64,000 bases of DNA from Okamejei kenojei (lineage: Eukaryota): the NCBI GenBank assembly GCA_035221665.1, contig CM069136.1, positions 108,562,001-108,626,000 of the forward strand. The letters are read 5' to 3'. Below, piece by piece: positions 10,790 through 20,940 of this stretch. Made by a program: the position numbers and the translations under genes. How positions within the stretch are numbered: position 1 is the stretch's first letter; each line of letters opens with the position of its first letter. Under the pieces are notes generated by a model, which saw only the letters and a list, made by a program, of their open reading frames with translations, was not told the origin of the DNA and searched no databases.

Positions 10790-13399
10790 ATAACAAAAAG
10801 TCAATGCTGATTAGTGATAACATACATGTAATTCCATGCAGAATAATCATCTTGTCCAGTCACAGCTAAGCAACTGGACCCACAGTGCTGCCTCAGTGTC
10901 ATGAGCATAACCCTTGGTATCGTGAGCCCAGGGCAGGGATGTTCCAATGTTAACATCCCATATCTCTGCGTACCTCCCTGGGGGGTGTCGAGTTTAAGAC
11001 CCTATCTCGAACAGAAGGTGCCCCGATAAATGGATTCTGCTCCTCGCAGCCAAAATGCTGAGAAGGCACTCCAGTATGATTGTCAACCCCATATGGAACT
11101 GAACTTAAGACGTCAGTCATCCGTGTCAACTTAGTTTGGTGTGACAATAGTAAGCCGCAGGAGCGGTCTTCCCAGTCTGCAGGTCAATGACTAGATTAAA
11201 GTACGCAGGGGATGGTTCCATGGTCACGGCTAACAAGCCATTTTGTGCCTGCAATCCATGTAAGGTTCTATCATAATACCCAACATCAGCGGGATCATGG
11301 CTGTATTGGCCAGTCAGGCACTCCGAAATGCCTGAAGCAGAAGCTGAATTAGCAAGACCCGTCTGGTAAGGTAAATGGATGGACACAATGAACATTACCC
11401 CTCAGTGTAGCGAGAAATGCATCCATCGCCACGTACCTTAAATCCTGGCGATTCCACATCCATTCTCATTTTCCTGCTGATATGCCAATGCCAGTGAAGT
11501 TAGGTAAACTATTACCGGATACTTTGACTAGATTGCACCCATGTGATTTACATATAATAGCACCAGAGTGTATCAAGTTAGACTTGAGCATGCAGGCATG
11601 CATATTCTCACAACCTTTATCCACAGAATGCACCTAATGTGAATAGGTAACTCATGCAAACCGCATCCGCCTCCGTAACTAAAGATGGTATATAGTAATA
11701 ATCCATGTTTAACATAGTATCAGTTAGTAATTAACTGACGAGTATTGATGAAGGTTAGTGGGGCAATGCTGAATACAGTTTGTCCACAATGGTGACTTTG
11801 CCAGCTGGGAATAGCCTGTGAGCTTGCTCCTTTGCACGCCGTAAAGCTCTGATGGTGCAGAAGACGCAATAGCACAGCTGACCAATATATATCAATCCCA
11901 GACAATTTATAATTTCAGTTGGTATCAACTTAAATTTACTGGATGGATAAGAATCCAATTCCTGCAGAATGGTTTGTGGCTGATACCGCTGATTAGGCAA
12001 AATACAGTGTTTTACAACATCATCCAGATAGCCCATAAAATAATATCTTAGGTGAGCCCAGTGGAAACTGTTCTCCTGTTGTTAGACAGTATAGCAGTTT
12101 TCTATTCAGAAAGTCTATACTGCATTTGCGAGTTGAACCGGTATCTTTCATAGTGATAATGAACGGCTCGCACTGCGGCCTGTCTTGGAAGCCAACTCGT
12201 CTAGCATAAACAAGTGTAAATTTACCAACTTGTAAATGGTCCACATACCTCATATATCGGAAAAGAACCAGACCCACCTCCCTTCATGGTTATAGGTGGT
12301 CTCATGGTAAGCCCAAGGCTCCTGGCGCGGGTTCTTATTCCGTCCCAATTTTGGAGAGTAGGATTGCTGGGGTATGTGGACCCAATTCCCTGAGGACCGG
12401 TTTGGCCTTGGCCTGAAAGCCTGCGCCCAGTTTTGAAGCTGCCCCCAGCTTCAGTGAAACGCTTGCTGCCGATAGAGGCGTGGGGTGTGTTGCTGTGGTC
12501 CCTTGATAAGCCGGACAGCTTTAATTCTTCATCCGGGTCTTACCTGTTTGGGCAGATTCCTGAAGACAGGATTTGGCGGCTAGACATTGCTGGCCTCACT
12601 TCGACCTACAGATTTGAAATTTAAGGCAGGTCCGATGGCGTTTTTCTGGAAACAGTTCATTTTGAAGTGTGCATAGTACCCCCACATAGCGTTGTTCACT
12701 GCTGGCCCTTTCAGGGACAATATTGCAGGTGTATGGTATTCCACACCGTGAGGTTCCTTCACACTCTGGCCTTCAGGCTTCAGAAGATCTTGATGCGACT
12801 GAATATTCTGAAACCTCACGTTTGTACTCCAGTATGTTCGTCTTCCGCGTAGGCGGTTGGACCTCCCTGCCGTTTTCCGGGTTATCCCCCGGCGGAAATC
12901 CCTCCAGGTGGGTCCTTAATCCGCGGCGCAGAATGCAGGTCCTGGGCGTGGCCTGGTTTTCCTGCAGCCGGGTTTTCCTGCAACCGGGCTCACCCCCGCG
13001 CACTTCTGCCAGCACCTCCCCTCCCGCGGTTCCCCGCAGAATCCATTCCCCGATGGTTTCCCCGACCACAGCCGGGTTCCGCATCCCTCGCGGTCCCTGG
13101 AGACGGGATTCCCCACGAAGTCTGTGGTGGGGTTCCCCCTCCAGCCGGGCATCCCCGCGATTCTCGCAGCCGGGGTAGGGGACGCAATATCTCCAGCAGG
13201 AAACTCTGTGCACAGAGCTTCCTGCAAGGAGAAAAACAGACCTCGAGTTAAGTTGAAAAACTTACCTTCAGGATTCAAGCTTACCGCTGGTGGAGCAGCG
13301 CTTCCACAGCCTGTCGATGCGCAATGCGGTAGACGATATGTCACGCATGCGTGCTGGCGGGGTCTTCACGTAGTCACTCACGTGACTCTGAAGTAAAAT
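10790..13399 (-). mobile_element. Degenerate, internally condensed DIRS1-like element (3'-truncated)
   Basis: Left end TCACGTAGTCACTCACGTGACTCTGAAGTAAAAT shared with the full element. Colinear remnants: gag (LKGPAVNNAMW; NAIGPALN), RT MGYLDD (12019-12036), YVNHMG (11536-11554), VAMDAF (11415-11432), VPDWPIQP (11298-11321), YR RYAEIWDV (10952-10975). Confidence 0.88.
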
Positions 13400-13451
13400 C
13401 TACATTAGAACTGACGCCATTTCAATAGTACTCCAAGAGCCGAACAGCACT

Positions 13452-13671
13452 TTAACCATGTAACAATTACAGCACGGAAACAGGCCCTCTCGGCCCTTCC
13501 AGTCCGTGCCAACCATTTGTTTTCCCCTAGTCCCATCTACCTGACTCAGACCATACCCCTCCATTCCCTTCACGTCCATATACCTATCCACTTTACTTTT
13601 AAATGTTAAAATCGATCCTGCCTTCCACCACTTCTGCTGGAAGCTCATTCCACACAGCAACCACCCTCTGA
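13452..13671 (-). mobile_element. CR1 family B 3' fragment
   Basis: Near-identical to 58540-58745 in reverse. Confidence 0.9.
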
Positions 13672-13859
13672 GACTTTGAAACCTAAAGGCTAAAAATTAA
13701 TGGTTTTATTTTTTTATCAAACCGTGGTACGTTATTGTCACTTTAGATAGTGCAGTGTGAATTGTTCAGCACTGATTTGAGACATTTAAAAGAATATTCA
13801 GAGGCAGGCCTTCAGAAGAGTACTGGAAAGAATGAGAGATTCTTTGATTGATTGAAAGG

Positions 13860-14125
13860 TTGAAAGAAACAGCATGGACATCGGCCCTTCACAGACTATC
13901 GATCATCCGTTCCCACTAGTTTTACGTAACCCCACTTTTGTATGCACTCCATACACACTAGGGGCAATTTACAGAGGCCAATTAGCCTATAAGCCCATGT
14001 CTTTGGGATGTGGGAGTAAACCAGAGCACCCAAAGGAACCGCATACGGTCACAGTGAGAATGTGCAAACTTCACACAAACTGCATCCAAGGTCATGATCA
14101 AATGCAGGTCTCTGGCACTGTGATG
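13860..14125 (-). mobile_element. Degenerate V-SINE
   Basis: GGGGCAATTTACAGAGGCCAATTA..TCTTTGGGATGTGGGAG..AAACC core. Confidence 0.75.
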
Positions 14126-14261
14126 CCTTATTTTTTTATACAAGGGTAAAGAACAGTTTTTGAGATTGTAGGCCCCGATCATGAGGCCCACGCCCGATAT
14201 GGATGGAGAGCTGGTAACACAGCCTATCTTCGGGAGAAAGATCAGTGGATTTTTTAAATAG

Positions 14262-14452
14262 TAGACAATAGACAATAGGTGCAGGAGTAGGCCACTTGGC
14301 CCTTTGAGCCAGCACCACCATTCAATGTGATCATGGCTGATTATCCCCAATCAGTACCCCGTTCCTGCTTTCTCCCCATATCTCCTGACTCCGCTATTTT
14401 TAAGAGCCCCATCTAGCTCTCTCTTGAAAGCATCCAGAGAACCTGCCTCCAG
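14262..14452 (-). mobile_element. CR1 3' fragment (TATTGTC tail)
   Basis: (TAGACAA)n then GGTGCAGGAGTAGGCCA...GATCATGGCTGAT 3'UTR. Confidence 0.88.
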
Positions 14453-14841
14453 ATCTCACATCTTGTGAGAGTCTCTGCATCCACTACCTTCTTGAGCCGT
14501 GTCTTCTACTTTGTAACCACCCTCCTTTTGACCTACTGATTGAATGGTGGGCGGAAGGTACAAGAAACTTGCTCCTGATTCTTATGCTTTGTATTCTTTT
14601 TCCTTCCCTACCAGCAATTAATGAGCACTTTGGAATCGTTCCCTTGCTCTTGGATAGTAGCTCCAAAATGGCCAATACCAAATCAGCAGCCTGATCTTTC
14701 TCTGTGTCCTACAATTTCGAATAAATGGCCATTGACTTCCGTCCCAAACTGAATCTTTTCCCCATTACCTCAGAGTTTTGACATTTTCACCCAGATAGGC
14801 TGAGGGATGATATGGCAGGCATTTGACTATAATTTGTGCAA

Positions 14842-15266
14842 AGTAGTAGGTCCCCCCTCCGTCATGACTGACCAAGGGTGATGTGTGGTCAGATGCAAGC
14901 CTGGGCGATGTCGTATGGAGGGCAGGCTGTTGCCCATGAAGCACGTCCCCCCTCTGCACATCGCTGATCGATCCAAAGGAACAGCAGGGCCGTTACAGTT
15001 TGGTGCCAGCACCATCGCAAGAGCTGCCAGTGAGGTTGTGGACAACGGCGAACTGCCGGAGGTGCTCCGACTCCGGAGTTTCTTGAGGTTTACTCCTGGA
15101 GCCTTTTCCATGACTGGATATGGCCACAAGGCAGTGGAGGGTTTAAATCAGCGTTTTCCCTCCGCTTGATGGACCGCCTTCCCAGGCTGACGAGCCCCAT
15201 CTGCCCGAGACTTATGGGGGCGGGAGTGTCTACCTTCCCGTGCAGGTCTATTGCCCCTGCCCACTG
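14842..15266 (-). mobile_element. Short non-coding retroelement with RTE-like 5'UTR (RTE-derived SINE-like)
   Basis: GC-rich island; minus strand carries GGGGCTCGTCAGCCTGGG...GGAGGGAAAACGCTGATTTAAACC-CTCCACTGCCTTGTGGCCATATCC, resembling RTE-clade 5'UTRs; ends in (CTA)n. Confidence 0.5.
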
Positions 15267-16300
15267 CGCACAGAAGCAAAGTAACCTGCTGTGAAATAGT
15301 CAACACAGAGCCTAGCATATAATGAACAGGTTTCCAGCTGCAATTGAATTCAACTTGTTTGCATTGTTCGAAAGATTTACGAATAATAATTGCCTGTAAG
15401 CTTAGCAGCCCACTGAGGTATTGCACTGTCTGCAATACCTCTTTTCACTAAAATATGATTACATATGAATGCACAAGTAAATCCTTTTCACTTCACATTT
15501 ATTGCTGAGGAAGATTTCATTATTCTGGTGGGCTTTCACAGCGTAACTGTGAGCAATAAGATCCACAAAATAAAAGCCACAGATGCGTTATTATTAAATA
15601 GCTCTGGGAGCCCATTTATGTAGACTTGGTTGTTTAACTGCATGTGGCTGAATGAAATCTGACAGCTGCGTAGTGAAACATTCACATATTTCAACCACAA
15701 AGGCGTCTGTGCCTTTTCAGAATGGTGTTCGCTTGCAATAAGAAGTAGGTTAGCAGCGCTGTCAAAGCTGACAACATGATCAGAGGCACTTATTGATGGT
15801 TCCTTGGTGACGTCTGACAACATCGGGAATCACGATTGCTGTTCCTTTTCCTGAAATTAGTAGAGAAATATGAACGGAATAATTGTCCATGTGTTGTTAT
15901 CTCGGTACGAATTCTCAACTCGTGATAGATGTTCTTTACCTCCGAAGAAGGGTCCCAACCTGAAATGTCGTCCGTCCATTCCCTCCACTGATGCTGAGCT
16001 CCACTAGCACTGATTTTTTTTGCCCAAGGTGTGACTTGTCTCTTGACATTTGGCACGTACTCCCATTTGGGCATGCAATTCTCACTGAACAGACAACAAA
16101 AGCAGTAATGAATCATTAATGGAATTAGTTAGCAGGTCGAGCATTCACACAGTGAAATGGGATACAAATCCGTGCTTTTTCATCTTGAAAGGCGCCCATA
16201 TGGCACACCATTTCCTTAGGAAAATAGAAGAATAGTAAGATTAAACGAGAACTTACCAGTTTGAAGCTTGATCTTTATTTTATGAGGAGTCGAGTTGAGG

Positions 16301-16340
16301 GACTACGTGAATAGAAGCCCGTACAGCCGTTGGTGCGTCA
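16301..16340 (+). repeat. DIRS right inverted terminal repeat
   Basis: GACTACGTGAATAGAAGCCCGTACAGCCGTTGGTGCGTCA is the reverse complement of 20941-20980 (one mismatch). Confidence 0.95.
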
Positions 16341-16448
16341 ATCTTCAAAGCAGCGGAGTGAATTCACAGGTAACAATGACTGAAGTATAATGGTAAGATG
16401 ATAAAACTAGAACTACCAGCTGAGATCTATGAGGGTGGGAGTGGAGGG

Positions 16449-16559
16449 CACGTAGTCCCTCAACTCGACTCCTCATAAAATAAAGATCAAACTTCAAACT
16501 GGTAAGTTCTCATTTAATCTTACTATTTTACTTCAGAGTCACGCGAGTGACTACATGAA
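16449..16559. repeat. DIRS internal complementary region (ICR)
   Basis: 16449-16527 is the inverse of 16231-16309; 16526-16559 is the inverse of 20970-21003; junction TACTATTTTACTTC mimics a circle junction. Confidence 0.93.
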
Positions 16560-16711
16560 GACTTCAAAGCACTGTGATTTCATGCCGCAGACCCAAATCC
16601 GGCGTTCACACTGCATCGATTGACTCAAAACAATCAATAATCCATCAATAATAACATTTGTTCAATGAATAACAGTTTATTTACAAACAAAATCATAACA
16701 ACCCCTCTAAC

Positions 16712-17698
16712 TCAGGGGGAAACTCTAACAGAACTCAAAACAGAATCAGCAAACACCCCCAGCCTTGAAATCGGCTTGTGATAAATCCTCTGAAAGGTCA
16801 GCTCACTGGACCATCCTGCGGCCGCGAGAATATGGTCTATTGGCACGTCCATCGCCCTTGCCGCGGAAGTTGATGCCGCCCTGGTGGAATGAGATTTGAG
16901 TTTATCAGTATCAATTCCAGCACTTGCCAGGATCTGCTTTAGCCACCTTGAAATTGTTTGCACCGACACCTTACTGTGTGGTTTTTTGTGACTAATAAAT
17001 AAAGCCGACTCTGTTCCTCTTAGAGCTTTAGTAATCTCAATGTAACGAGATAAACGTGAGACTACACACAAGCTATCATCTGCGGGGTATGCTGAAAACA
17101 CAATCTTACATCCTGTCATGCCTCTTCTATTATGTTTAAGCAAATCATAGACATAAAATATAATGGCATCTGCCGATACATGCATTACATCTAGCCGTAG
17201 CTTTTGCAACGTTTGTACACGTTGAGCTGAAACCAACGCCATAAGCATGACCACCTTCATAGTTAATTTGGCTATACATAGGGTTGTAACTGGAGCCCAT
17301 TGGCAAAGAAACATAAGAACCTCACTCACATTCCAAATCCCAGCATATCTGGGTTTAGGAGGATTAGAATTGAAAACTCCCTTCATGAATCGTGAAACTA
17401 ACGGATGTGTCCCTACTGTATGCAATTCTGAATTCATGGGTAAATAAGAAGACAGAGCACTTCTGACTGAATTGATCGCACTGTAACTTAATTTTTGGTC
17501 GAAATAAAGAGTTGACAAAAACTCCAATACATCTGTGATCCCTGCAGTGTGATATATAATATTCTGCTGTAGGCAGAATTGCTCCCACTTCCTTATATAG
17601 GTGATATATTGCTGCTGTGTACTATCCCTGCAGGCCAACGTGAGAATATCCACAGTCCGATGAGACAGTCCTCTCCCCAGGTATGGCCTCCTTAAAAT
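16712..17698 (-). CDS. DIRS tyrosine recombinase (YR)
   Basis: Open frame with SAM-like N-terminus (LSYSAINSVRSALS) and catalytic R (SAQR), K (LLKH), HSTR, AGW, Y (FQRIYHK); no ATG at the frame start, which begins just after TTAATTTTCAG. Confidence 0.93.
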   Translation of the reverse strand: MLRRPYLGRGLSHRTVDILTLACRDSTQQQYITYIRKWEQFCLQQNIIYHTAGITDVLEFLSTLYFDQKLSYSAINSVRSALSSYLPMNSELHTVGTHPLVSRFMKGVFNSNPPKPRYAGIWNVSEVLMFLCQWAPVTTLCIAKLTMKVVMLMALVSAQRVQTLQKLRLDVMHVSADAIIFYVYDLLKHNRRGMTGCKIVFSAYPADDSLCVVSRLSRYIEITKALRGTESALFISHKKPHSKVSVQTISRWLKQILASAGIDTDKLKSHSTRAASTSAARAMDVPIDHILAAAGWSSELTFQRIYHKPISRLGVFADSVLSSVRVSP

Positions 17699-18645
17699 CT
17701 GAAAATTAACAGATCAATACGATCATGTAAAGGATGTTGATCCCCAGTTACTGGATTCACCAGTAGATTTTTATTCTTGGGAATAAGCATGTGAGGCTCC
17801 CTAGCCATTTGTAATACAACAGGAAACCATGCTTGTGTAGGCCAATCTGGCACTACCAATACCCCTGAAGCGGAGTCCTCCTTGATCTTTTGCAAACATC
17901 TGCTGATGAGACAGAATGGAGGAAATACATACACAAACATTCCTCCCCAATGCAGCGAGAACGCATCCACTGCTACTGCCCCAGGATCTGGTTCCCACGA
18001 AACATATCTGGGTAACTGATGATTTAATCTAGATGCAAACAAGTCAATATCTGGCAATCCATACAGAACAATCATTTGGTTAAATACATCCTGATTTAAC
18101 ATCCATTCAATGTTGTCATTAAACTGACGTGACCTAGTGTCAGCTACAGTGTTGAATCTTCCTGGCAAATAAAGTGCTGAAAGCCAGATATTTTGGTCAA
18201 TACACCAGCTCCAAATCTGGTTAGCCAGTCTATCACAAAACTGTGACTTGACTCCACCCATGTGGTTTACATATGCCACTGCTGTGGTGCTGTCAATCTG
18301 AACCTGCACATGCAAGTCCCTCCTGGTAGAACAATAAGCTTTAAGCCCATACCAGGTTCCCAACAACTCTAAATAATTAATCCCTCTTAATTGAAGAAGG
18401 GATGTCTCATCAACATTCCATCTGCCTCCACAACTAGAAGACATATCTGTTGCACCCCACCCCAGTGCACTTACATCAGTCTGTAATATCATTGAAGGGG
18501 GTTCCACCAAAAACTTCCTAAAACGTTTTGAAACATGTACTATCCACCATTGTATGTCAGAAATTGCCCCAGCTGACAACTGCATAGGCCTATCAAAATG
18601 GCCCCTTTGTATTCTCAGTGCCTGTTTCTTTGATCGTTGTAAATT
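17692..18645 (-). CDS. DIRS pol C-terminal part: RNase H plus N6-adenine methyltransferase-like domain
   Basis: LQTDVS..GWG, INYLEL, IDSTTAVAYVNHMGG, NTVADTRSR (RNase H); IDLFAS, DAFSLHW, YVFPPF, VVPDWPTQAWFP (MT-like). Joined to RT by a 1-nt frameshift near 18643. Confidence 0.9.
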   Translation of the reverse strand, partial: NLQRSKKQALRIQRGHFDRPMQLSAGAISDIQWWIVHVSKRFRKFLVEPPSMILQTDVSALGWGATDMSSSCGGRWNVDETSLLQLRGINYLELLGTWYGLKAYCSTRRDLHVQVQIDSTTAVAYVNHMGGVKSQFCDRLANQIWSWCIDQNIWLSALYLPGRFNTVADTRSRQFNDNIEWMLNQDVFNQMIVLYGLPDIDLFASRLNHQLPRYVSWEPDPGAVAVDAFSLHWGGMFVYVFPPFCLISRCLQKIKEDSASGVLVVPDWPTQAWFPVVLQMAREPHMLIPKNKNLLVNPVTGDQHPLHDRIDLLIFRF

Positions 18646-19591
18646 GTTGATAATGTAGAGGACCATACTGCACAGCTGGAAATGCTGCAACAAACTTCCC
18701 AATTAACCTGGCTACTTGTCTAATTGAAGGCCGTTGTTCTCCAACGAGATTAACACAGTCCTCAATTGACTGATCCAATTTATCCCTGGGCAAAGTTACC
18801 AACATTTGATTTGAATTAATGGTAAATCCCAGATAATCAATAATTTGGACTGGTGATAATTTAGATTTATCTGGGTGAACAACAAATCCCAATTGTTCAA
18901 AAGTGAATTTAACAACCAAAACTGATGACTGAGCTTCAGCATGAGTCTTTCCAACAATCAAAATATCATCTAAATAGGCCATTACCACATGCCTCTGAGG
19001 TCTGAGTAATGCTAACACAGGTTTTACCAATTTAGTAAATAGTCTAGGAGCTGAAGTTAATCCATTAGGCAATGCCCTGAATTGCCACAACTGAGTCATC
19101 CAAATAAATTTCAAATATCTTCTATCATCACCATGAATAGATACTGAGTAATACGCATCCTTTAAATCAATGGTTGCCATACAACACCCTTTGGACACTA
19201 GATGTTTGGCCATGGTAAAGGTTTCCAGTTTGAAATGCCTATAACAAACAAATTTGTTCAAACTCGATAAATCCAGAATAATTCTACATCCCCCAGACTT
19301 TTTAGATCTGGGAAATATACTTGACACAAATTGTCGACTTTGATAGACAGAAGGCTCAATTACCCCTTTCTTATATAACGACTGAATCTCTGCTTGAATA
19401 AGCACATTTTCCTCATCTGAAAATATAAGTTTTCGACTAGGAGCATGTTGATTAGGTAGACTGTCCTTAGAGTAAAATTCAATTTTCACCCCTTCAATAC
19501 TGCTAAGTATGAACGAATCTGATGTCAACTGCTGCCATTGTTTGAGAAACAATTTTAACCTTCCCCCAATTTCAACAGGAACATTAGTTAA
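18640..19591 (-). CDS. DIRS pol N-terminal part: reverse transcriptase
   Basis: IGGRLKLFLKQW, RIILDLSSLN, IDLKDAYYSV, LPNGLTSAPRLFTK, AYLDD, YLGF; frame continues into RNase H across a 1-nt insertion (HYQQF to HYQQLQRSK). Confidence 0.92.
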
Positions 19592-20803
19592 TTAATTGTC
19601 TGTGAATGTTATATTCCTTACCTGCATCTGCCCTTGCAGACCTTGTTGTCCTCGACCTCTTGTAGAGAAAGGCACCTTCCCCTTCATACTGGCAGCCTGC
19701 CAGTTCCGATATTGAAGACCTGAACTGCTCGTTCCTTCTCCTGCATCCACACGAGTGCCTTTCCGATACGGATAAAACCTTTTGCCTTGCTTGCCAGCCG
19801 GCTTAATGAGGGCCATGGTTTTAACATCTTCATGACAGTCTTTTACCCTTTTTGCAAGGTTACCTCCAAACAACAGATTTTGTGGTGGTACACTGGTCGG
19901 TTTGCACAAATTCGCCAAGTTCGGATTAATCACTGGCCTAATAGCGGCCCTCCTGATATTATTAATTTCAAAAAATGCACTACAAAGGAATCCAAGTGCG
20001 TCCTGGTGTGCTTCAACCATATTGCTTGTATCAATAACTTTCACCACAGCTGTAACACCTGCTGACAACAGTTTAAGCACTTTTGGAAACTTCATCTCCT
20101 GGGCCCTAGCAGGCATACCCATCTGTGACCACATTTGGTGATTAACCACCGGTGCCTTCAGGAGATCACAATTAATAGGAGCTTCATAGTTTTTTGCCAC
20201 TTCATCCATAGCTAGCTCCTGTAACTGGTGGGAGAGCATATACTGAATTGCTTCGGCCAATTCTACATCAATCGCCTCTCCAGCCTCTCTACACTCAGCA
20301 AACTTCCCAGCAATGTTCGGAATTACCTCCAACCGAACTCCTTTACTGCTCTCCCCCAGCATAGAATCAGTTTCAGCGAACTGCACTGATGAAACATCCT
20401 CCTCACAGGCAGGATAGTCCTGCAGCCCTGAAACAGGTGCTGCTAGCACAAGCTCTCCATCGGCCTGGCTTGGGCACCACTCCTCCTCACGGAGCTGGTC
20501 CCTGTCGAGCATTCTTTGCAATAAAGTCTCGACCTGGGAGAGCCGTGAGCAAACGGACTCTCCTATGGAGGGTATAACCTCCAGGCCCGACTCAGGGTCC
20601 ACGGGCCTATCAGACTTGCCAGTGGCCTTCCGCCCTGCTGGCAAGCCTCCACTGCTCACAGGCAGTGGGTCCGCAACCACTGGCTGTGTAGCCAGCACCG
20701 GACCAGGTGTACCAGACGGGCCTCCATCAACAACACTCTCCTGGTCACTTTCCTTCCTACCTCCGGAGCGCCTCGCCGACACCTTCTTCATTTTCTGCAA
20801 CAT
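19592..20803 (-). CDS. DIRS ORF1 gag-like protein
   Basis: Long open frame at the gag position; ATG at 20803 (MLQKMKK) follows an acceptor-like TTCTCTTGTAG; P.N...L.AP.VN..MW and LLFGGNL motifs; basic C-terminus. Confidence 0.8.
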   Translation of the reverse strand: MLQKMKKVSARRSGGRKESDQESVVDGGPSGTPGPVLATQPVVADPLPVSSGGLPAGRKATGKSDRPVDPESGLEVIPSIGESVCSRLSQVETLLQRMLDRDQLREEEWCPSQADGELVLAAPVSGLQDYPACEEDVSSVQFAETDSMLGESSKGVRLEVIPNIAGKFAECREAGEAIDVELAEAIQYMLSHQLQELAMDEVAKNYEAPINCDLLKAPVVNHQMWSQMGMPARAQEMKFPKVLKLLSAGVTAVVKVIDTSNMVEAHQDALGFLCSAFFEINNIRRAAIRPVINPNLANLCKPTSVPPQNLLFGGNLAKRVKDCHEDVKTMALIKPAGKQGKRFYPYRKGTRVDAGEGTSSSGLQYRNWQAASMKGKVPFSTRGRGQQGLQGQMQVRNITFTDN

Positions 20804-20940
20804 TTCTACAAGAGAACTCCAACCGCCGCAGAAAATGAGCTCTGGAAAAAATTTAAAAAACTTACCTCCGTTTTTAAACTTACCGCTTGGAGGAGCGCTG
20901 CCGCTCCAACCGGCCGACTGCACCAATGCGTCTGACGTCA

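Noticed and set aside
10950-12300. Short minus-strand ORFs as a viral or novel gene cluster
   Set aside because: They resolve into frameshifted, colinear remnants of DIRS pol and YR
16712-17653. Tyrosine recombinase read as a phage integrase, integron or bacterial contamination
   Set aside because: It sits in canonical DIRS order with gag and RT/RNaseH/MT inside an ITR/ICR structure, in vertebrate repeat context
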